Assembly (NCBI GenBank): GCA_951406725.2
Contig: OX597836.1
Coordinates: 21,514,001 to 21,578,000, forward strand
From: Octopus vulgaris
Lineage: Eukaryota
Direction of reading: 5' to 3'
DNA: 64,000 bases
Shown: positions 53,737 to 64,000 of the stretch, one piece after another
Position numbering within the stretch: the stretch's first letter is position 1
Layout of the letters: every line of letters begins with the position of its first letter
The notes under the pieces: model-generated
Databases searched by the model: none
What the model saw: the letters and a program-made list of their open reading frames with translations, nothing else
Told to the model about the DNA's origin: nothing
Program-made: the position numbers and the translations under genes

Positions 53737-54203
53737 AAGAACTAATAGATACCGGGGGCTTATTTGATCGATAAAAAATGGCCTTTCTCGGAGATGTCCC
53801 AGCATGGCCGCAATTTCAATGTCTAATATAAAAGACTAAAACTCTGAATGCCACCGTGGCTCCTATGAGGGATCTAGTTCTTCAGCCATATGGTCGCCAC
53901 CTTGTCCATCATTGGCTTAGATCTAGGTGAAACCTGACCAATCAGTCTTCTGGTAGCTAGGATTAAAAGGTCAAAGGTTAGTTTATGACCTATCGACCCG
54001 TTACTCTATACGTATATCGATGTGGACAACCTCACTGTTGGGCCGACTAGGTCGTCTTAGTTGTCTAATTCTAGATCGGCTCCGATAACGTAGGTCGATG
54101 ACGAACGGCGTTCCAGCTGTGACCACCCTGCCTTGTTAAAAATATTCTGTCGCTCATAGAGTAAGTAGCACTGTTTTCAATGTCTACGTCTCTCTTCAAC
54201 CCA

Positions 54204-54289
<86 letters not shown>

Positions 54290-55062
54290 ATTATGTAGAG
54301 CTGGAACAGCATTACAATACATATATATTTACGCTGCTCTTGTATATTTTATGTATATATATATACAAATATACATTCATTAGCATACGCGCGCGCACAC
54401 ATCTGTCCATCTGTCACATCTGTCCATCTCTCTCTCTCTCTCTTTCTCTGTTTCTCTCCCCTTCCCTCTTTCTGTGTTAGTACGTGTGTCGTTATCGACT
54501 CCAGACTAACTCTCCACGGATCAGTGACCAAGAAACTCGTTTGCTTTTATTTATCGAAACAAGAACAAACACACGCGAAGAGATAATCACAATAATTCTA
54601 ATTAATCAGCACAATAATATCCCCGAATTAAAAACACGTATACATATCTCAACAGTGTTTTAATTAACCAAATAATAGCAAGGGACAAAACTCAAATTGA
54701 AAACGAAAGAAATTATTCTCTTAGTTAATTAACACTTTAATTGAATTAGGCAATATATTATGAGAAAGAAAGGAAAAAAGAGCGAGAGAGAGAGGGAGTG
54801 AAGGGGAGATAGAGGATATGGTTGGTTAGAAGGTTACCAGACAAGGGAGACAACTTGGACGAGTTTCGGTCTTATACTTCTCCAGTATGGAAGAGGAATT
54901 TACGTGTTTACTGGCTAAATGAAGATAGAGAAATAGATATGTTTGTACGAAGAGGAATTTAAAAACTGTAGAAATGGGTCAAGATTCGTGTCGATCAATC
55001 AAGTCTTTTGTATTAGAGAGCTACTACTGTTATTCATGCATACATAATAATAATAATAATAC

Positions 55063-55150
<88 letters not shown>

Positions 55151-55169
55151 GTCTGTCTGTCTGTCTATG

Positions 55170-55227
<58 letters not shown>

Positions 55228-55245
55228 AATCTATCTATCTATCTA

Positions 55246-55293
<48 letters not shown>

Positions 55294-55402
55294 CATACAT
55301 ACATACATGCATACATACAAATATATACATATACATACACATACACTCACACACACACACACACACACTCTCTCTCTCTCTCTCTCACTCACACACACAC
55401 AC

Positions 55403-56439
55403 GTAAGCAACTTCATTGTGTCACGAGGGAGAGCAAAAAATTTGCTAGTGAGTTCATGCATAATACCCAGGCTGAACAGCATGATAGAAGTGTAGCAATT
55501 ATTGTAAAGAAGGTGAAATCAATGGCAAAGCAAAAACCGTTTGAACAATTGGCTGACAACCTCTGCGTGACAAATATGTGACCCGTAGCAAACATGCTGA
55601 TGTAGACGAGAAGTACACCCATTACTGGCTACGGAGCTCAGGGTTAAAGGCAGAGAGTGAAAGCTTTATCTTAGCTGCTCAATATCAGAGCTTATAGACC
55701 CAGAACTAGCAAGCGAATGTGATGAAAAATGGAGTAGACCCAAAGTGCCGATACTGCAACGATGAGATTGAAACAGTGGACCAGAAAATCTCTGGGTGTA
55801 AGGTTTTAGCACCAGTAGAATATAAATCTGGACACGACAGAGTTGGCCAATATCGACACTGGAAAATATGCCTGCATTTTAAAATCAAAACTGCTGACAA
55901 ATGGCACAAGCATTTGTCCAGTACATACACACCACACTATCAAAGCTAATAAACCAGATATTGTTGAGAAACACTAAAACAATAAAATCTGTTTATTGAT
56001 TGACATGAGCGTGCCTTGTGATAATATCTCGGCAAAGGAATTTGATTAGCTCAGAGAATATAAAGATTTGCTGAATGAAATTGTAAAGATGTGGCAGGTC
56101 AAAGTGGCTACAATACCCGTGATTGTAAGAACACTTGGAATGATTAAAAAGGGTACTGGAAATTATTTGAGGATGATCCTTGTCTTACCATCCATGCAGG
56201 AAGTGGCACGTACAGATACGTCACATGTATTGAGAAGAGCATTGTCGCTGTGAATTTTCTTTTCTTTTCTTTTTTTTTTCATTTTTTCTTCTTTTTCCCC
56301 TTTTTGTTCTATCGCACAACTTTGTAAATGAACAATCTGATGTCTTTATTTTAATGGCCTGCCAATATATACAGTGTGTTCATTTGCCTGAGGTGTTGGG
56401 AAGACACTTGGCAAGAAAAGGAAACACAATTGAAAGAGG
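55403..56439 (+). mobile_element. R4/Dong-like LINE 3' fragment: zinc knuckle, restriction-like endonuclease and 3' UTR ending at (TAA)n
   Basis: WLRSSGLKAESESFILAAQ, KCRYCNDEIETVDQKISGC..LAPVEYKSGHDRV, ANKPDIV, LLIDMSVP, MWQVKVATIPVIVRTLG and HVLRRALSL*; (TAA)n starts at about 56440. Confidence 0.92.
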
Positions 56440-56494
<55 letters not shown>

Positions 56495-56496
<2 letters not shown>

Positions 56497-56708
56497 CTTT
56501 TAAATTTTGACATAAGGCCAGAAATTTGTTGGGGGGGCGGTTAAGTCGATTACATCGACACCAGTGTTCAGGTGATACTTATTTAATCAACGCCGAAAGG
56601 ATGAAAGGCAAAGTCGACCTCGCGGGAATTTTAACTACTAAGGTCAAGACGGACGAAATGCCACCAAATATTTTGGCCGGCGTTCTAACGATTCTTCCAG
56701 GTCGCCTT
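56495..56708 (-). mobile_element. Diverged SINE family C
   Basis: CCGAAAGGATGAAAGGCAAAGTCGACCTCG block; another copy lies at 57515-57680. Confidence 0.75.
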
Positions 56709-56753
56709 CTTCTTCTTCTTCTTCTTCTTCTTCTTCTTCTTCTTCTTCTTCTT

Positions 56754-56815
<62 letters not shown>

Positions 56816-56890
56816 TAATAATAATAATAATAAGGCCCTAATGCAGTACCGCTGCTCTGATGCAGTACCATGCGCTGACGTAGTACCATT

Positions 56891-57447
56891 TGCCCTGATG
56901 CAATGCCAGGCACTGGTTCTCATGGCTTCTGATCTTAACTGATTGGAAGAGTTATCATGTACATGCTTTTTCTTGGTAAAAAAAGATGGGATACAGCAAA
57001 TATTCTTCTCAATACCACAGATTTGCTTGTCAGTTGTTTGGCTGTAAACAGTTGAGCATGTCCCTTAGTGGCTGACGATATGTGCATCTCTGACCACGAT
57101 AAGAAGTAGTGGGGAAGCATCATAGCCATGTGTTGAGAGGAATTCTTTGGGGGTTTGAATAATTCATCACTGGAAACATGCGTGTTTCATTCATCATCCT
57201 TAAACGACCCTTATTCAAGGACCCTTTGAGTGGGATGGGCTACTCGACCTGAAGAAAATTCTAACTAGGCCCCCACCTGCAAGGTCATGAGCTGTTTATC
57301 TTGATATGAGATCACCATGTCGCACACATTTGTTTGTGATGCATGTGCCTGGTGTACCCTTATCAGACGGGTAGTCATGATGGGTATACTGGGCTTCGTA
57401 TATTTTACCCCAGTATCACTTCGATGGCATGCACTGCTATCTCACTC

Positions 57448-57449
<2 letters not shown>
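56891..57449 (+). mobile_element. Full-length TAA-associated element
   Basis: Reverse-complement homologue of 8254-8810; (TAA)n on both sides. Confidence 0.85.
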
Positions 57450-57514
<65 letters not shown>

Positions 57515-57965
57515 GTTTCAAATTTTGGCACAAGGCCAGCAATTTTGGGGAGAGGGATTAAGTTAGTTACATCTATCGCAATGCTCAGCTGGTAGTTATT
57601 TTAGCGAACCCGAAAGGACGATAGGCAAAGTCGAGCTCGGTGAAATTTGAACTCAGTGTGTAGCGACGGGCGAAATAGAGTTTGTCTTGCCCACTGAACG
57701 GTTGGCACTACTGGTGATTACAGGTCCCGCCGATTTACTGTAATTAATCTTTACCATGAAAGGATAGCGAAGACGTAATCGATATAATGTAAATAGTTTC
57801 ATTATATAAAACGTATTTAAACGTAAACTCGATGTAATTGAGAATCGATAATGAAATCCGTATTTCAATAAACACTTTATTTATTTGTTTTTTATCCTGT
57901 ACATAATTATGTTTCTGGGAGATAAAAGCATATCTTCCTATAATTATTTGCTGTTTTATAAATGC

Positions 57966-58004
<39 letters not shown>

Positions 58005-58019
58005 ACACACAGACACACA

Positions 58020-58073
<54 letters not shown>

Positions 58074-58104
58074 ACGTATACACTTGCAGATACATACACA
58101 TACG

Positions 58105-58171
58105 TTTGTATTGAAACAATGAAAATATTTAGAAATTAAATTATCGAATATTTTCGTTGTTTCAATACAAA
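58105..58171 (+). other. Isolated hairpin, 26-bp stem and 15-nt loop
   Basis: TTTGTATTGAAACAATGAAAATATTT / GAATATTTTCGTTGTTTCAATACAAA; both arm differences are G-U wobbles on the + strand. Confidence 0.7.
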
Positions 58172-58319
58172 AATACGTATTGGCAGCGAAGAATAACTTT
58201 GAAATAACTAGACTGGAGTAAATAGTAAACGCCCGATATTTTTTCTAAACTAGGTTAGTTTCCAGTTCGATATGGCGACAATTATTTAGTTAAATTGCTG
58301 CTGAGGGTACTACTAAATT

Positions 58320-58595
58320 TTAAATCTAGTACTTATTCTATTCGTTTCTTTTGCCGAAACACTAACTGACGGAGACGTAAATAAACCAACACCGGTTGTC
58401 AAGCAGTGGGGGACACATACACGTGCGCACACACACACATGAAATACTTCTTTCAGTTTTTGTCTACCAAAATTAAATCTCAAGGTTTTGTTCGGCACGG
58501 GTCTTTAGTGGAAGACACTTGCCCAAGGTACCGTGCAGTGGTACTGAACCCAAGAATGCATGGTTGGGAAACAAGCTTCTTACCACAGAACCACG
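58320..58595 (-). mobile_element. Diverged SINE family B
   Basis: GAAGACACTTGCCCAAGG and CCGGTTGTCAAGC blocks. Confidence 0.75.
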
Positions 58596-58719
58596 TAAAT
58601 TTTTTTCATTAGGAACGGCGATATTATATATACAAGACCATTACAGTATTATTAACAAAACATTAAGAGATTTGCAAGCAATTGCAGGCGCCGGCATGGC
58701 GTCGTAATTCCACAAGTTT

Positions 58720-58873
58720 CTTTTATTCTCTCTGTTTATTTTCTCTTATTCCTTTCTGTTGAAGAGCGTAGACTCGAAACGTAAAAGATTTTTTCACTTT
58801 CCCGAGCGTCAAACTAATACACCTGCTTGTTGTTCATACATCTGTCTTCGTCTTTTGTTTTTCTATAAATTTC

Positions 58874-58876
<3 letters not shown>
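58720..58876 (+). mobile_element. Short dispersed repeat with hammerhead-like motif
   Basis: 58752-58787 reads CTTT CTGTTGA A GAGC-GTAG-ACTC GAAAC-GTA AAAG; homologous to 48695-48870. Confidence 0.7.
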
Positions 58877-58910
<34 letters not shown>

Positions 58911-60015
58911 TAGATAGATAGATAGATAGACATGTGTGTGTGGTGTTTGTGTGTGTGTGTGTGTGTGTGTATGTGTGCGCGCATGTGATGTCTCCGTAAC
59001 TCAGCGGTTCGGTAAATGTATCCGATAGAATAAGCTCCAGTGTTTTTTTAAAAAATGTATTGAAGTCAATTTGTTCAACTAAACCCCCTTCCAATACGAC
59101 CTCAGTACACCTACTGAAAGAAGTAACAGAAAGCGAAAAAAGAAAACAAACAAAAAAATTATCTCTCATCGAGAAGCCTCTTTTAATACAATACTCATAG
59201 AAAAAACTGCTAGACATGTTTAAAGCAACTTAAATCTAACCTTTTACTCCAAACCGTATTCCTTTTCATTCTCGTACTCATTCACTTGCTCTTCCACTGA
59301 AAGAATCACGTCATCCTTCAACTCATTTTCATTTTACGTCCGTCGTTGATAACTCGTTCACTTATTCATCTTTTTCCCTCTCTCTCTCTCCACGTTTCTC
59401 TTTCTATCGTTTGGCAATTTTCTATTTTCACAGCACCGCCTTAGCTTGCCAACGAACAAAAGCATTAAGATAATTATTACATGTATATATGTATGTATAT
59501 ATATATACATGTAATAGTTACATATATACATATATACTTAATACACACATATATACGTATGTAAGTATGTATATATATCTAAAAGTTGGCCTGATGCCAA
59601 TGTAAGAGAAAACAAAAGAAAAAGATAACGATAGAAAGATGAAGATGAAGATGAAGAAGAAGAGGGAACTGAAGAACTTGATGAAGATGAAAGAAAAAAA
59701 AAACGCGAAGCATAAATTAATCGTGCAATTTCACGCACTTAGGTCAAAGGAATAATATTAGCAAACGGCAAATGGAATTGAGAATATGAGCCGGTTAGTT
59801 TCACGATACGGTTTCGAGTTTTACTCGTATCTATTTCATCGCCATATTTAATCACCAATATTCTAAAAAGACGTTAGCTAATAATCGTAAATAAAGGCAA
59901 AACGAATATGGGAAAACAAAATGACTACAGCTAAACAAACGATAAAATCCAGAATACACACACACACGCAAACATAAATATACATCTATATATATATATA
60001 TATATATATATGTGC

Positions 60016-60057
<42 letters not shown>

Positions 60058-60432
60058 CAACGGCAGTGCTCTAGCATGGCCGCAGTCACATGATTGAAAT
60101 AAGTAAAACAAAAAAAAAAAGAACTATACCATTTAAATCCCGAGCAAGCTGGGTATCTCTGGTAGTATATATGTGTGTGTGTGTGTGTGTGTTAATCTCG
60201 AAGTTAACGTTGGGGTGAGAGCATCGTGTTAGAACACATAGCACTATGTTATTTACCCTGAGAAGGCTTCTGCTGTGGACTTGTGCGTAGGGACCATCTC
60301 AAGGGAAATAACGCAATATTCTGTGTTCCTACAACCTTTTTCTGCTTAGTTGGAGATCAAGAGTACCATACACACATATTTTTATGTACATATATGTGTG
60401 TTTATCTATATATGCTTATATAAGTATCCTTA

Positions 60433-60540
<108 letters not shown>

Positions 60541-60549
60541 CATCCGTCC

Positions 60550-60604
<55 letters not shown>

Positions 60605-60752
60605 CATTCATCCATCCATCCATCCATCCATCCATCCATCCATCCGTCCGTCTGTCTGTCTGTCTGTCTGTCTGTGTATCTTTCTGTCTGTATGCCTGTC
60701 TATAATATATATGCATGAATATGTAAATATATATAAAATTCTTTCTCTTTTC

Positions 60753-60826
<74 letters not shown>

Positions 60827-61412
60827 CTCTCTCTCTCTCACGCACACACGCACTCTATATATATATCTATATATATGTGTGTGTGAGTGTGTAATCATAA
60901 AACCTAGAATCAAACGAAAGAGAACCTAAAACTTCTATCACCTCCCTCCCACATAACATCCTTTGCCACACGAACAGATATGACGGTAGAATATCAAACT
61001 ATCGATAGTATTGATTAATTATCGATGGATCAGTCATCGCCTCTGTACTCTGTCACATGAATAGTTAAACAAACTTAGTGACACACAAACATTTGATGTT
61101 CGACTCTTTCGGGTAAAGTGTGTGTATACGCGTATGTGTATGTGTGTGTGTGCTTGCGGCCTTCGTGTGTATGTGTTTGCGTGTGTGTCCCGATTGTATG
61201 TTTGTGTATGTGTTTGTGTTAGAATGTATGTATTTATGTTTGTGTGCTTGCGATACTTGCGTGTGTTCGTGGTTCTATTTGAGCGTGCATATATACTCGC
61301 TGTGTTTCTGTGCGCGCTTAAATGTGTGTGTGTGTGTACTTGAGTGTGTATTTGTCCTTGAGTATATACGCTTGTATGTGTGTGTGTGCGTGAGTGTGTG
61401 TGTGTGTGTTCT

Positions 61413-61578
61413 GCAGGAGTGGCTGTGTGGTAAGTAGCTTGTTTACCAACCACATGGTTCCGGGTTCAGTCCCACTGCGTGGAATCTTGGGCAAGTGTCT
61501 TCTACTATAGCCTCGGGTCGACCAAAGCCTTGTGAGTGGATTTGGTAGACGGAAACTGAAAGAAGCCTGTCGTATATG

Positions 61579-61646
<68 letters not shown>

Positions 61647-61868
61647 CGTGTATGTTTGTGTGTCTGTGTTTGTCCCTCCCCCCAACACCGCTTGACAACC
61701 GATGCTGGTGTGTTTATGTCCCCGTCACTTAGCGGTTCGACAAAAGAGACCGATAGAATAAGTACTGGGCTTACAAAAAAAAGAATAAGTCCCGGGGTCG
61801 AGTTGCTCGATTAAAGGCGGTGCTCCAGCATGGCCGCAGTCAAATGACTGAAACAAGTAAAAGAGTAA
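61413..61868 (+). mobile_element. SINE family B
   Basis: Homology to 17734. Confidence 0.92.
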
Positions 61869-62447
61869 ATGAACAAGCATCAAATTCTGTGCGTGTTTCC
61901 TGTTTCCTGTTCATCCTGATGAGGCGAGAGGGTCATTGCCGTGATGTACTTTAGTGTAACTGAACCGCGGTGGTGAGCTCCCGAAATGGCCATAGACATA
62001 CTTGAATTGACCCAGTGGAAGTCTGTTTGCTCATGAACTCTAACCTACAATGGTTTTACAAATTGAACTTTGGACGTACTTTTGTGTGAAGGGAGTAAAA
62101 AAAAAAAAAAACTTTTAAAAATATTTTTAGTCGTTTGATGTTTTATTTCATCTTAGTTTATTAGTTTTTTGGTAGCATGGCACGGTTTAGAATTTTTATG
62201 AATTTTTATATCTTTTTAGTCGTTTATATTTACCTTTTTTGATAGGCCGTTCTATATCTGTATTTTATTCGTATATATATATATATATATATATATTTAC
62301 CTTCTGTGTTTTTATGTATATGTATATATTTTTATGTGTCTAAGAACCATGGTGATATATTTATATATGATTAAAATGTTTGCGGTTTGGTGTTATATAA
62401 AAAGTCGTCGACTCGAATTTGATGCTTGTTCTATGATCACTGTTTCG

Positions 62448-62844
<397 letters not shown>

Positions 62845-62999
62845 ACATCAATCATCAAGGTTCATGTGAACGTGACAATCGGAATAGAGTGAAATTTCAG
62901 CTTCGGATAAATAAATAAACACAATTATACGTTTGTTTATTTTTGGCTTTTTCTTTTATGGAACTACCCAGATACTCACAACGCGCGTGAGCGTGCGCA

Positions 63000-63038
<39 letters not shown>

Positions 63039-63304
63039 ACTCACATAATTTCACACACACAAATACATATAATTTGTGATACGTATACGAGTATTCTGTA
63101 ATATATTATTAACTGAAGGTTCATGATTTCCAGTACTCCGAGTTTCACATTTCCAATTATTCAGTTGGTAATCCGAGCTTGTTTTCTTATCTTCTGTTTG
63201 AATATGTTTCCAAATATTATATGAAAGCTATGAAGGAAATGCTTATCTTTACAGTTTATATATATATATATATATATATACAGACACACACATGCACAAG
63301 TGAG

Positions 63305-63512
63305 TAAACAGATGGCTTGGATAATACTGGCGGGGTATCCCCGTTGAGTGAAGTTATGAGCCATGAGTTGGGAGTATAATCTCCAAGTTATGGTCGTCAC
63401 TGCAGAGACGAAGGAACTTAGAGTATGACGTGAACAGTTTGGTGTGGGTAGGGTAGGAAGAGAAGTTGGAGGTAGGAATGAGAGTTTATAGGCTTGAAGT
63501 GAATGGCGGTGT
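63305..63512 (-). mobile_element. Penelope-like retroelement fragment (end of RT / linker)
   Basis: Frameshifted TAIHFKPINSHSYL ... RLCSDDHNL ... LMAHNFTQRGYPASIIQAI, matching the Penelope pattern YKPTxxHxYL...RxCS...FxxRGYP. Confidence 0.8.
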
Positions 63513-63524
63513 ATGTATATTGGG

Positions 63525-63675
63525 TTGGCTCTGTGGTAAGTAGCTTGCTTACCAACCACATGGTTCCGGATTCAGTTCCACTGCGTGGCTGGCACCTTGG
63601 ACTAGTGTCTTCTACTATAGCCTCGGGCCGACCAAAGCCTTGTGAGTGGATTTGGTAGACGGAAACTGAAAGTCG

Positions 63676-63745
<70 letters not shown>

Positions 63746-63957
63746 CGTTTGTGTGTCTGTGTTTGTCCCCCGAACATCGCTTGACAACCGATGCTGGTGT
63801 GTATACAGCCCTGTAACCTAGTGGTTCGGCAAAAGAAACCGATAGAATAAGTACTAGGCTTACAAAGAATAAGTCCTGGGGTCGATTTGGTTGACTAAAG
63901 GCGGTGCTCCAGCATGGCCACAGTCAAATGACTGAAACAAGGTAAAAGAGTAAAGAG
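63525..63957 (+). mobile_element. SINE family B
   Basis: Homology to 17734; tail GTAAAAGAGTAAAGAG. Confidence 0.9.
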
Positions 63958-64000
63958 TATATATATATATATATATTCGTTTCAAATTTTGGCACAAGGC

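Noticed and set aside
60139-60166. Helitron-like 3' end CCCGAGCAAGCTGGG...GGTAG
   Set aside because: It lacks CTAG and I found no matching 5' end.

Overview
This is animal genomic DNA. It is AT-rich and packed with microsatellites and tRNA-derived SINEs, a pattern that suggests an octopus (coleoid cephalopod); the organism is inferred, not proven. Nearly all ORFs in the supplied track are translations of simple repeats or SINEs. Two host genes are supported, both on the + strand. The first is the last three exons (2733-2972, 8018-8077, 9100-9203) of a single-pass membrane protein with a PAN/Apple domain. The second is the first recognisable coding exon (40765-40996) of a claudin/PMP22-superfamily protein, followed by at least 23 kb with no further exon I could identify. 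The rest is mobile-element debris: several modular SINE families, two non-autonomous Helitrons, Tc1/mariner/maT and hAT derivatives, R4/Dong-like and Hero-like LINE fragments, Penelope-like fragments and a 4.7-kb satellite of about 48 x 98-bp units. The most interesting signals are (a) several distinct minimal hammerhead-ribozyme motifs of the Penelope type, including two facing copies forming a perfect 67-bp hairpin just downstream of the PAN gene stop codon and one with a compensatory A3-U8 core pair, and (b) a satellite that appears to be the amplified 5' end of a mariner element. I found no CRISPR array, rRNA or true tRNA gene. I cannot claim a wholly new system: the findings are unusual instances of known classes.
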